This document shows, piece after piece, positions 1-12,356 of a stretch of DNA of 64,000 nt. The notes under the pieces were generated by a model, which was not told the origin of the DNA, searched no databases, and saw only the letters and a list, made by a program, of their open reading frames with translations. The position numbers were made by a program, and so were the translations under genes. This DNA is from Zygnema circumcarinatum SAG 698-1b. Taxonomy: Eukaryota > Plantae > Zygnematophyceae. The number at the start of each line of letters is the position of its first letter. The stretch's first letter is position 1. The DNA is taken from assembly GCA_037447605.1 (NCBI GenBank), contig CM074808.1, positions 2,046,001 through 2,110,000 of the forward strand, written 5' to 3'.

Positions 1-69
1 CGATTTGGAAGTCGCTGGCATGCAGTCGAACGACCGGCAGAGGGATAGCAGAGAAATTAGGTCACGCAC

Positions 70-211
70 CCTGTCGCCGGGACTCCCCGAGAAAAGGCCC
101 GCTTATTGCGAGATCCACAGCGCCACGTGCTCCCTGAAGAGCGACGCTAATGCAGGTCGCAGGAAGCGAAAGGGACGCCATGGTGGATGCGAGAGAAGCC
201 GCGGCAGCCAT
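70..211 (-). CDS. Probable first coding exon of a gene continuing beyond the left window edge; N-terminus resembles a chloroplast transit peptide
   Basis: ATG at 211-209 in GCCATGG-like context (minus strand) gives MAAAASLASTMASLSLPATCISVALQGARGAVDLAISGPFLGESRRQ, Ala/Ser-rich and nearly free of acidic residues. It is followed by a good donor CAGG|GTGCGT at 69. Product unidentifiable. Confidence 0.4.
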
Positions 212-317
212 GGAGGGACTTGGCCCGCTCCTCCGCCAAGCAGCGCCGCCACAGTGCCAATGGATAGGCCTCCACCCTCCTCGCCGCACGCGGGCGCGCT
301 CTCGCCTCCGCGCGGCC

Positions 318-368
318 GCATGGCATGGCATGGCATGGCATGGCATGGCATGGCATGGTATGACATGC
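318..368. repeat. (TGGCA)n pentanucleotide microsatellite
   Basis: Seven perfect TGGCA units at 321-355 plus two degenerate units. It produces the spurious WHGMA/CHAMP ORFs in the track. Confidence 0.95.
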
Positions 369-1396
369 GTCATGCCTCGGCCCGCCTACATTCTGCACGG
401 CAGGCGCGGCACACACGGCTGCTGCACAGCCCGAAAAGCCCTGAGGATGCCGCTGCACCGGCCGGCGTGCGCTTCAGCTCGCAACTCGAAGGTGGCGCAT
501 TTCCCATCCATTCCATTCCTTGTTGAGCTTGCCCTTCGAACGGGTCGCCAGCAAATACGAACAACCGATGAGACTTTTGGGCATTAGCACACGAGTTAGT
601 GCATGTTGTTCAACATGACGAGGCGGATTTGACGAGTGTTGGCAGCGAAATGCACGACAACCAGATCATCACATCGCGACATTGGAACAACATCTACTAG
701 CAGTGGTGTCTTTGGAAACAACACATCATCCCAAGTAACGAAACGCACCGCCACACAGCGCCCGTCCATTTGTTTCTATCTCGAGTTCCGCTTTCAACCA
801 CACCGCCCCTCCCGCCGCCGGCCGTCGACTCCCCGCGACCCTCGCCAACCGAATCTGTACGGCAATGACTGATTCCGTACTGCCACTCTGCAGTTTCGTA
901 TTCCGTTCCAGTGTACGATAACGCTGCTCGGTCAGACGCAACCAGAATCAATTCCGTACATCGTCGTCGTGTTCTGCCCGCGGGCGGCGCAGCTGCGAAC
1001 ACGTGCCCTCCGCCGCCCGCTAATAGTACGAATTCAAGTAATCATTCCGAAAACAACAAACGTTTTCAAATTCGCTGAAATTCGTCCGCGGCCGAAATTC
1101 GAATACAGAGCCAGTACCGCGCCGCGCAGTGCAGCGATCTTGACTCAAGTCCCCGTCTCTGAAAGGCTAACAATACCTTTTGTTCAATTAATCTGAGAAA
1201 ATTGAAATGTCTGAAATATTAGAAGTTCATTGTGCGCGGTGTCACAGTGACGCAAACACGAACCGGTGCGTCCGTACAGGCCCCAACGGCAGCCTTCTTC
1301 CCTCACTCCCTCCCTCCGCCATGGCCATGGCGAGGGCGAGAGCGAGGGCGATGGCGGGCGTGTGAGGGGGCGGAGAGCGCGGAGAGGAGAGGGCGC

Positions 1397-4300
1397 ATGA
1401 GGGCCCGCCGCCGGGAGCAGGGGGCTGCCCGGCCGCTGTGGCTCGCCGGCCTGGGCGCCGTTAGGCTGCTCCTGCCGCGTCTGCTCTGCGCGCTGCATCT
1501 CGCTGCTGCGGTGGGCGAGGCGGCCGCGCAGCCATGCTCCACAGAAAGCGAGTTGGTAGGGTTCCGGGGGGACCTGCGTATGCTGCAGCACCAGCTGCGG
1601 GGGACGGTTCGTGTTGTCGACGACTGCACCTTCAGGGTACGTACGCTTAGACCACGCGCAGTCTCGTGGCTGCTCTCCTGCCTGAGCGTCCGCCCAGGAA
1701 GGATGTTGGGCATCGCAGGTCATCCGTAATTACGTTTCTTCCTGCACAGTTTTGTTAGGCGAAGGTGCTCTGGACAGTTTAGAAATCAGGGATAGATCCC
1801 GTCGCCAGGTCCTTACACTCCGCTGGATCCGAATAGGACATTGTGGGCGAGAACCGCGCCCACGGAGCATGCTGTTCAGAATGAGATGGTGACTCTAGTG
1901 AGCCAATGATACCGTCAGGACATTCTCGCGTCAAGTTCTTATGCACCTCATCTCAGCGGCCTTCTACTTGGTCAGCATTCTGGGCTACGGGCTGACTAGA
2001 CGAGGCATATTGATTTTTCTCTGCTCCTGTTGGCGCCTTTGGCAGGTGGACTCGTTTGACATGTTGGAAGGCCCTCAAGTGTACTGGTGGGCAGCTCTGT
2101 CGGAGTCCTTACAGGATATGCTTCAAGGGTGGCCTGTAAGCGAGGAGCCTCTTGTTGGCAGGTTCAACAGTCAAACTCTGGTGGTGAGATTTGTAGACAG
2201 TTGCTTTCAACCACTTCCCATTATGCAAGGAAACCTCTCGCTTTCGTCGCCCTCAGCATTATTCGAGATCAGCATTATCGTATATGTGAAGTTAGTTTAA
2301 GTCTGTTGTACATGGACTCAGCCCAGTGCAACTTCTGGATATGTTATTGGGCTGAGCAAGCTCATAACGAGGTTTGTGCATCAGGATCATTCATCCGTCA
2401 ATTCGCAGCTCGATCGTAGAACCCTACCAGCAAAATGTATTAGCCGCTTGCCGCTCTGCTCATGTCAAGCGTCTCTGCTTTCAGTGAGGCGTATCAGGTT
2501 GTATAACTTAGCACTCGCGGTGAATTTGGGATAAGATTTAATATAATATTTGGCGGATGTTTCATAAGGTCCTAGCCTCTCCCTTTCTATTGCTTTATGA
2601 ATCATTTTTAGCACAATCGACTGTTTATTACAACCAGTATTTTTGAATCTTCTGGCAGGGTATCATTCGGCATCATTAGTGTCCATTTTAGAATGCACTC
2701 AAGACGTCCATTGGGGGCTTGACTTTCCTATCGTCAACTTTAACTTGCTAGACAAGTGCATCTTCCATTCCTCGAGTAACCTTTACCTGAACATGCAGCA
2801 AGTTTCTTTAACTTAGTAGTGTCAGCGAGGATTTAGGTGAGGAAGAGGGGATGTTGTGTTACGCGGCCGATATGCAAAATTCCGTCCTGTGCAGAGTAGT
2901 GTAGATTGTAAGGCCGTACGACCAATTGGGCATGCGATACATACTCGAGTTTTTTGGTTGTTAAAATCCTTCGAAGTAGAGACCCACTAGTCTAGCATCG
3001 TAGCCAGCGTTGATGTAAAGATGATAAGGGTGTATCGAGTTTGAGAGTATTAAGTTAGGAAGGTGTGGCTGTATGGCAGAACGGGTTCCTTTAAAGGAGG
3101 ATATGTGTGAGCCAGCACATGGAGTTTCTGGCTCAATTGGTTCAAGCTAAAATTGTGTGAGAGTTTCTGCCTTGTGAGTGCAGGTAAAGCTAGAAAATAC
3201 ATCATGGAACGACATGGGAATTTTGGCTGTGTGGTCAAAGGCTACTGCTTCCAACTATGGTTATGTAGTGTTGGAGTTTGGCACTCAAGGTGTCAATGAC
3301 AAGGATGGCCAAGGAGATGATTATTCCGAGAATGGGGACCCTCGTGGAGATGAGGGAGAGTCATCGCTACCACACGATGGGGAGGGGGTTGGGGCAGGAG
3401 GAAACGCACCCTCGCCTTCTTCTCTTCCATTATCCCCCGCAGCTGCCCCTGGACCTTCTCCAACTTTAGGGCCCCTCCCTCAGCCGTCGTTAGGCTCGCC
3501 CTTTTTGGCACCTCCACCTCCCTCTCTGCCAGAAAAACTTGGCCAGTGGCAGCCAACTATGTTTGAGAATTGCCTGCAGTTGAGTCATCGCTATCGAGTG
3601 AGGTGGACACTGAATAAGACCGATTCTAGTGTGGATCTGGGACTGGAAGCGGCAGTTGATTTCACTAAGTATATTGGTTTTGGTTGGGCGGAGGAAGCAA
3701 ACTCCACGGAATACATGATGAATTCAGACATGATCATTGCTGGATTTGATGAAAAGGTGGGCGACCATTTCAGCCATTCTGTTCATGGTTATTGCCCAAT
3801 GGGTACCTTCGGAAATACCTGTTAGCCATACAGACTATGATAGGCAGAGCAGCCTAGTGACTCGTGAAGAGAAGTGTCCCGTTTTCTTCTGTATGATGAT
3901 ACTTAACTATATCGAACTCCGGTTTAGCAATGAAGAGGCCAATGTAAATGCACAACTATTGGAGGCACACTTTGCATGTACTGCAAATCATGCATGAACT
4001 TCGTATCAATACAAGCAACAGCTAATAAATGGGCGCATATCTAAAATGCATGACCCTTTATAGAATTCAGTGTTTGACTTTAGAAAGTGAATGAAACTTT
4101 TCGTGTAGTTGAATGCAGACCGGCGTCTCCATACGTTGCTAATGTAGTGGAGAGGAATTTGAGGATGGTTTGGGTGTTCAGGGAACACCTTTTGCTGAGG
4201 ACTATTTTGTGACTGCAAGGGCAGAGTGCAATTGGGACAGTAAGTCACCAAGCGGAGTTTGCCCAGATTCGTTTTTGGGAGGAGGAAATTCCAGTCTCAA

Positions 4301-7300
4301 TAATGTTGAGCTCATTTGGGGTCAACATGTAGATGGTAAGTTTGAGAATGCCATTTTGGGACTGGTGGACTTTCTAGTGCCGATTCCGGTCCTTGGAGAT
4401 GTGCACTCTCTCTAAATACTGTATCCTCTTTCTAAATACTGTATCCTCAAGACCAACAGGTGCCATATTACCTTCGGATTTGCCGCCTTTGCATCACCAC
4501 TGATCTTTTCATCCCCTCCCCTTGTTCCTTTGTTTGTCTTCTTAACGCCATGCAGGCGTCACTCTCATCCGCATCCGGGTGCCTTTGCTCAGTCCAGACC
4601 TGAACTTTGACCACTCTGAAAACCTTCTCGACCATCACACCATCATTTGGGCAATCGGGAATCTTCGCCCCCCAGACAGCAGAACTGACCGAATGACTCC
4701 CATGAACCATGGAAACCCCGAGGGAGGTGCATATGGGGTGGGCCTGCTGAGCTTGGACCTGAGCATTGACGACTGTCAGAGCGTGCTCGAGCCCGCCGCA
4801 GACTTTGGGCTCGTCCTCACCGCCGATCGCGGCTCGGAATTCATCGTCACATCTGGAGATGCTGTACACTACCCAAATCCGCCATCCTTCAGCAAGAGTC
4901 TCTGTGTCAATGGACATGAGGCACCTGTGATCAAGGTGGGCATTCAGCTTGTCGATACATCTCTTGTTGTGGGATCACTTTTGTAAAAAAAAAAACATTG
5001 GTATCCACGCCCATTTGCTGTCTATGTTCAAGGATCAAGAGTTGCAGCCATGCACCAGCAATCAGATGATGATCATAGCTCAATGTAGCAGCTTTCGGGC
5101 ATGTCTTAGGACGTCAGTCGCAAGTAGTCTGTAATCAACGCTGTGGAGCTATATTCCTTGAATTTCGCTTCGTAAGGAAAGGGCCGATGGGCTTTCAGCA
5201 TTGTGTGCAGAGATAGTTCTATGGCCCGGTGCCACTCGGTCTTCTTCGCTCTTCTTATATCTGTCTAGAGATTCTCAAACCAAGAACACATTGAGTCGTT
5301 ATTTTGTGTTCTCCTTAAAACATGTTCTTACTGATTCCCGCCGTCTGCCTGCAGTTTCATTTCTTGCATGCTTCTTTTTCTTGTGAAGGTCATCATTGGT
5401 TTGAACCGCAGCCTTTGCCTGCTGCTGCGTGGGAGCAGGTGGAACGAGGAGTTCCGGTCCAGTTTTCGGTGCAGGCAGGGCATGACGTGTCGCTCTATGT
5501 GACGTCCGATCCGATCGGCGGGCGGCTAAACCACGAGGAGGTGATCTACGCGGGGGGCGAGGACGCGCACGGCGTGCCGGCCGCGCCGTACCTCCTCTTG
5601 TGGACGCCCAACAGCAGGACGCCCGACCTCGTCTACTACCAGGTTGCTGCCGTACACTTGCCGTACACTTGCCGTACACTTGCCGTACAGTTGGTCCCAG
5701 TGTACGGGCTCAAGATGCAGCTGATGGATGGTGTTGGGAGAAAGGGGGAACTTGGGGAGTTGGATATGGGTTTACCTATAGAAAGATGCATCAGTTGTTT
5801 TGAAGTGTTGGTTAAGCTTGCTGTGAGCAGCAGTGATTGAAGGCTTTTGAAAGCCTTCATCAGATCTTAATGACTGAGGTATCCCTGATCATAATCTGCC
5901 TTTGTGTTTATGGGATGCATGGGAAGGCAGGCTTACGGGCAGCCGAAGATGGGGTGGAAGGTGGAGGTTGTGGACGGAGGCCTGTCTGATATGTACACAA
6001 ACAGCGCCTCCCTCGCCGGTGACAAGGTCCTTCCTACTCCCCTTGAGCCGTGCCTGCACGTTGCTTCCTCTCTCTGCTATCATGCTTGCTATTGAGCCGC
6101 GCTTGTTGGTCCTCTATTGATTTTTACTATTCATTCAAGTGGGTCAACATGCAACTGAAGAAATTTGAGAAACTCGGCGGGATAGTAGCTCAGGCTTCTC
6201 TGACTTCAGGCAGAAACACCACACACTTCACTTCACAACTGGTACAAAGAAAAATGGAGAAATTTTGAATCTTTTTGTTTGGTTCGAAGTTCAGGTGACA
6301 TTGTTCTGGACACTCAGACAAAATGACATCTCCTTTGCAGTACGGGGTGAGAGAGCGAGTGGGTACCTCGGTTTGGCTTTTGGCAGGTGGGTTACACCAC
6401 ATTACGTTCTTTACTTTAAGCGCACCTTTAACGGAACAGGAGCAGTATGTTAAGGAGGTTGCGCTTGGATAATGCCATGGAGAGGTTGAGCGGGCAAGTT
6501 TGAAGGTTGACACTCACAGTACAAGTTTGGAACAAGTTTTGGCTCACTCTCATCCATGTGAGGGAAGAAGATGGTGGTTTAAGGTCTCTTGCTGTGAGGT
6601 CTTGATGCGATTTGGGGGAGACCTGGAAGCTTTGACTTGAACCATGATACACGATCGATCGAAAGTAAACGTGTTTCACGAGATTTTTCGATGTTAAGGT
6701 TCCTAAAAGTGAAGGGTCAGGAAAATTGCACTTCCTGAAGATCAACCATCCGTTTCTGGCTTGTTTTAACACGCAATATTCCCATCTTGCCGTCCATACT
6801 TGACGTATAATACAGCGCCTAGTCAGCTGTTCCGTGAAGATGACATCTGTGTGTCATGTTCACGTGCTCGCGTGTGTGACTTGGAGGGTGGCAGCGGAAT
6901 GGTGAACTCGTTCGCCTATGTGGGGTGGCTCGAAGATGGTGTGGGCAAAGTGGCCACATACTTCATCGATGCGCGCGAAGCCGGCGGAGTGCACAACTGG
7001 ACGCAGGAGCTGACCCTCACCAAGTGTCTCCTTCAGGGCGGTCAGATCACCTTCGAGTTCAGCCGTGCCCTTAAACCCGGCCACTGCGGAACACGCTGCA
7101 ATGTCATCGACCCGCAGGAGCCCCTCAAAGTGTTGTGGTGCATGGGAACGTCCTGGACAGAAGGTGCTTTGGAAAATTTCTGCTGCTTCAGACGCAATCT
7201 CTCTCTGTTGCTGCTTCCTCTGCTTCAGTTTAAGCTTAGGACTGTCGTAAAGGTTTAAGAGGAATGCGTCAGGGTGTAGGAGCGCAGCATACTGCTAAAT

Positions 7301-9537
7301 TGGTACTGGAAATGCTTTTTGTTACGAATCGAATGTCAAGCAGGCCGATACGTCTTGATGGGCGGGTAGCCATATACTTGGTGTTTCAGTCCGAACGAGT
7401 AGTTGTTTTAAGATGATAGGACTGTGTTGATTTTGTTGTAAGGGGAGATGGGTGCGACCTTCACCAGGCACACTCACCAATGCCAATATGCATTCGTCTG
7501 TAAGTAGTAAGGCCACGCTGATCCACTTGCAGACAGGCACTGCGGAGGTGGAAATGCTTCAACCCGTCTTTGCAGTGAGAGCTACACCTGCACTCCCTCT
7601 TGAATTTTCAGAGTCTTTCAGAGTGAACGCTTGTCATGGCCTGGATAGCCAGGAGGTCAGTTAATGACCTCATGAAAGTCGTCAGCTTGTAAAAAAATTT
7701 ATGCTTCGTTACTCTCTAATCATAATTTCGGTGAGAATGCAGGTGCACGGCTTCATGATGTTCATTGCATGGGGCATTCTCATGCCATCGGGAGTGCTGT
7801 CTGCACGCTACCTCAGGTCGTTCGACTGGTTTGGGTAAGTTTTTCTTCACCCCGTTATTCTCAGAAGAAACAGAGGAGGACAGGCTACAGCCTTTTGCAG
7901 TAGTGAAGAGTAACTTACGATATGCTGTGGTTTGGAAGCGGGTGGATGGCCCACCTTCCTGCCTTCCGTCCAGTAGACTTTGACTTTGACAAGACTCCTT
8001 CCTTTGTCCAGTCCATTGACATCGAAAGTGGGCTGCATGTGCGGGCCGGACAGTATCCATGTGTATGCGCAGTGCGCGGGAATAACCGTGGCAGTGCTCG
8101 GCCTCCTTTTTGCTGTTGGAGAGCTTCAAGGGCAAGCTTCTGTCCCCCACTGCTCCTTACACTTGTTTCTGACTCTGCAGGGTCTAGTGGCTTATTCTCA
8201 GCAGTAGGAAATGCTTCTTTGAAGGGCAAGGGGAGATGACATTTTCACGTTTTGTGGCAATTTCTGGCAAATGCCTGACGTCATTTTTTTGAATTTGTGG
8301 CAAACCAGAAGCAGAGGGTTTGTGCCCTTTGTTTGTCCATGGCAGCTTGTATTCAGCACCTTCATGAAACATTTCTATGTTTTGGCGGATGTTGTGTACA
8401 GTTTCGATTTCTCAACCACACACTCAAAGATTGGTCTTGTGGCGCTTCTGATTGGCCTCTGGCAACCATTGAACGCCTTCTCTCGCCCTCCCAAACCCTC
8501 TCCCGGAGAGCGACCAAGGATGGACCGCGTTGTCTGGCAGTGGACCCACATGTCCGTTCACTCTTCTTCCAACACTATTTTAGCGGCAAAGAGATATGCA
8601 TAAATGACCACACTATCGACAGAACTTTGGTTATGCTTGTACAGCAGCTGATAGTTGCAGTTCAACTCGCTTGCAGTGGTCCGTGCAGTCCCTAACAACC
8701 CACAGACCTCTCAAACTGCTGAACCCTCCTCATATCTGAAGCAGGTGAGGGGGGCTTTGGCGGGTTGCAGAGTGTCCGGGCGGGTGGGTTTAGCCGTGGC
8801 CGCGTTGGCCCTCATATCGGGGCTCGTGACCTTGGAGAGCAAGTACGGGGGGGAGGGCTACACGGCGGAGTGGCTCGCGTGGGGAGCACTCGGATGGTTT
8901 CTCGCTCTGGGGGCGTTGGCGGCCTACCTTGAACGCCGCAGCCAATCAGAACGGTACACCCATAAAGAGAAGCCTTCCTTCCTTTGCGTGTGAAAGTAGG
9001 GCCTCGCTCTCTGGGCTGCCTGCGATAAGTTTTGTTCTAGTTTGGGATATGGTGTTGATGGGGTGGTGTTTATCTGCGCTACAAGCGAAAGGGGGGGGGG
9101 GGGGTTGTATCTCGCTGACATATCCGCAGAGTTTTCTCCCCTCTGGTCCGGATGACGTAAGAGTCAGTCTGCAGGGAGTTGTAGACTCGTACACTTTAAA
9201 AGAAGCGTCAAACGGGTTCTGCAGTATGCCAGCATCCGTTTGGTATGTTGCTGACAGAAGGGTGTTTCTAGTGGCCGATATTGTTACTATGGATTGATTC
9301 TCGACACACGTATGACCTCAATTTCTGGGTAATTGCAGGTGGCGTGAGAACGAGGTGGCGTCGTCTGATTGGCGGGCCAAGCAGAGCGCATCTTTGCGGC
9401 GTGGCGAGGAGGAGGCAACGCAGGACCTTCTGCAGAGCGACTGGGAGCGAGGGGCTCCTCTTGGGAAGAGGTCTCCCAGCCGGCAGGCCATGGCAGAGGG
9501 CGAGGTGGAAATGGAGCCTCTGCAATTGAATAAATAA
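1397..9537 (+). CDS. Cytochrome b561, DM13 and DOMON domain protein (At5g54830-like; DM13-DOMON-DOMON-Cyt b561), multi-exon
   Basis: Spliced model: 1397-1636, 2046-2183, 3184-3756, 4182-4335, 4556-4935, 5439-5642, 5931-6026, 6295-6386, 6895-7163, 7468-7574, 7743-7834, 8054-8130, 8402-8551, 8771-8953, 9339-9537; junction phases are compatible. Motifs: signal peptide; DM13 (MLQHQLRGTVRVVDDCTFRV, DSFDML, ILAVW); DOMON1 (PTMFENC, YIGFGWA, YMMNSDMII, FAEDYF); the YYQ..KMGWKVEVVDGGLSDMY linker; DOMON2 (SGYLGLAFG, GMVNSFAY, NMH); Cyt b561 with four His (VHG, IHV, THS, THI). Confidence 0.92.
5648..5691. repeat. Intronic 11-bp minisatellite (TGCCGTACACT)x4
   Basis: Four tandem units, the last with one substitution, starting 5 nt after the donor at 5643. 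Confidence 0.9.
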
Positions 9538-10819
9538 CAGGGGTAAACCGAGGTCACTTGAGTGAACCACTTCCGTCAACATATTCTTTTTTTCTTCATC
9601 TGAATACTTTTCTGAAATTAGACGCACGGACGCAGCATGCAGAAAGCGCTGCGGTACAGCGTGCCTTTCAGTTAAGTGAACACCTCCATGCCTGTTGGAG
9701 GTGGCTTTCTCTGCCCGCTCTTGGGCTTCCTCCGGATGGGACGGCCACCAGAGCCGGCAATAGGCACACTCGAGGACACTGCTCGTGGCAGTCGTCCAAT
9801 TCCGTATGTTGGAGCTTATCAAACAGAGAAGGACGAGCGGGTGGAACTTCAAATTGCCAGAGCTTCTGTCGAACCCAAAACCCTTTGAATTGACCATTCT
9901 GCAGAGCACTTTGTCAAGTGCTTGGGAGTAATGTTACAAGTGGCAGACCAGCCACTTGTGGCCGATGAAGGGGGCATGTAGCACGCGCATGGAACCGGCC
10001 AAGAAGTGCAGGCTGTGAGTGGATGCTGTCTTCGTATGAGCAATGTGCTAAGTTTTCCAGCAGAAGCGGAGCCACGGTGGGAGGGAAATTCCGGAGTTTT
10101 TTACCATTTTTTTCCTACTGGAAAGTTTAGGAAAGGCGTTTCATTCGTTGATCTGATGCTTTTTCTGAGAGGCTAGACGTCCTGCGGTTTACTATTTTTT
10201 TAGTAGAATGTTGTAAAAAAGTTGGGAAGTTTTATACAGGAGGTTCTAGCAGGCTGACGAGTGCAGGTGCCAGGCATGATTTTCTGACTATTCAAGAATT
10301 GCGGTAAATGAATACGTTCGTCTCTGTGAAAGTTCCAATCGAAGTATTGTCCCATTGAACTTTGTGTGATGTGTCAGTTGCATACATAGGTTTACTGTTG
10401 TATTTTCTACACTCTGTTGAATAATGTCGTGGCATGCGTCACCTAAGCATTCTCCCACCGCGGCTAAACACTTACAAAGAAGGAACTTTCGTGAATTTGG
10501 GAGGTTACGACACAGGATAAGCGTTGCTGTCTGTGCTTTTGGGCGTTATCACAACCATTTGTGTGTGCCATGCTGTGGAGCAGGGATAAGAGTGGAAGGA
10601 GCTCTGATAATTTTCAGAATTAAACCAAATCCAACAACACTAATGAAAATTCGAGAGGTGAGAAGATACAGAGCTGCGAGAATCTTAGCTCCTTGGACAA
10701 AGGGAGGCTTTCGCAAACCAGGAATTTGGGAGCTTAAATAGTAAAGTAGTGAATTAATTATAAATTCCATCAATTTATCATAAAAAACCTCAACTAGTTA
10801 TCTTTTGTATAGAAAGACA

Positions 10820-11270
10820 ACATAATCAATGGGGGTGGGGGGAGGGGAGAGAGAGAGAGCAGAGAGGGTGCGGGAGGGGGAGGGGAGAGGGGGGGGAGGG
10901 GGAGTGCGAGGGAGAGGGGAGAAGGAACGAGAGATAGTGAGAGAGAGTTGGAACAGGTCCCCGAGTGAAGAGCGAGAGGTAGCCGAGGGGAGGGGAGTAG
11001 GGAGAGAGGGGCAGCCGGAGTGGTAGAGAGTAGAGCGATAGAGCAAAGCGGGAAAGAAGGGCTCTCTTTAAGAAAAGCAAAGCCGCCGGAACATACCTTC
11101 GAGCGCGCTCCCTCATCCCTTCCATCCTCAAAACGAGTTCTCCCTCCCCATCCCNNNNNNNNNNCCCTCCCCCCTCCTTCTCCCTCCTCCCCCTTCCCTC
11201 CCTCCCTCAGCTCGAGAGCCAACGAAGCACGGGGGGAGCTCCACTCCCTCCGCCTCCCCTCACTGGGAGG
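10820..11270. repeat. Polypurine (G/A) tract followed by polypyrimidine (C/T) tract; contains a 10-N assembly gap at 11155-11164
   Basis: 10820-11070 is almost only G/A with many G-runs; about 11100-11270 is almost only C/T. Confidence 0.8.
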
Positions 11271-11599
11271 GCAGTTCCGTTGACGACACAACGGAACTGC
11301 CAACATGTGACGAGCGCTCCCTTCCGTTCCCGGCCGGTCCGACCTCATCTGCGCTGTGTCGCTGTCTGCCGACATGTTCGTACATGTCCGTACACGTCCG
11401 ATCCCGTCTGTCCAGGCCGCTGGAAGCGGCCGCGTCGACCCGTCACGTCACTGTCCGTACACGTTGCTGTCAACTACTGCTTGGACGGAGGTCGGCAGAC
11501 CGTCACGGCAGCCGGGCAGATGGGAAAACGTTTCACTTGCCTGCCCGTCGAGCCAGCCGACATTTCGCCATTTTATTTTCCAAAATATGAAGAAACGGG

Positions 11600-11729
11600 A
11601 ATCACTATTTTCACACCTTATTTCTAGATACACACCTTTAAAAAAACGTCGTTCTTTAAAAACCCTGAAAACCTGACAGCCGGAAAAGGTGTGCATATAG
11701 AGATAAAAGGTGTGTAAATTGCTTTTTCC
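11600..11729 (-). mobile_element. Solo MULE-type terminal inverted repeat end (element interior to the left)
   Basis: Reverse complement begins GGAAAAAGCAATTTACACACCTTTT...CACCTTTTCCGGCTGTCAGG. This aligns with the TIR starts at 49959 (GGAAATGCTATTTACAGTG...CTTTTCCGCCGGACAGC) and 16193 (GGAAATGTTATTTACACACCTTTTTTGCCGGTCAG). Confidence 0.55.
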
Positions 11730-12356
11730 AAAAAAAACCCTTTTTTTTTTTTTTTTTGGAAGTCTGCCCCTTGAGCCGCCGCGGCCGGTCAAAGGCTCAG
11801 CCCGCGATTGGCCGCCGCGGAATTCCGCCCCGCTAGTAGCCAATTGGACGCGCCTGCTGACCGCCACGTGGCAGTCTGGCGACGATTTCCAAAGAACTCC
11901 TTGTCCCGGCCGGGTCCACTAGCCACAAAACGACAGTTGTTGCCGCCCTGTCACCCCCTTCGAATCTCTCCGCACGCGCAGAACGCTGACCCATGACGTC
12001 ACCCCAAGCCCTCCCTCCAATGAATGCGCTCGCTGACACGTGTCCGTACGCCCACCGAGCTCGCTGAATGCGCGGTTACCGATTCCGTAACGGCCGGCCG
12101 CCGATCGGCTGGCGGCCGGCGGGATCTCGCAACTCGGAGCCTGCCGCCGTGCCGTACGAATTGCGTACAAACTCCGTACGGGCGTAGCCGCCTGCCGACA
12201 GCGGCACTCGCACCCACCTCCCCTCTCCACTCCCTCCCTCCCTCCCTTCCTCCCTCCCTCCCTCCCTGGGCACTCCTCACCAGGAGAGAGGAGCGGGCAG
12301 GAGAGGAGCGAGAGAGAGAGGGCAGGGGAGAATAGAGAGAGGAGGGGTGTAAGGCC

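Noticed and set aside
5-587. Overlapping ORFs with WHGMA/CHAMP repeats
   Set aside because: These are translations of the (TGGCA)n microsatellite and GC-rich 5' region; only the short minus-strand first exon is plausible.
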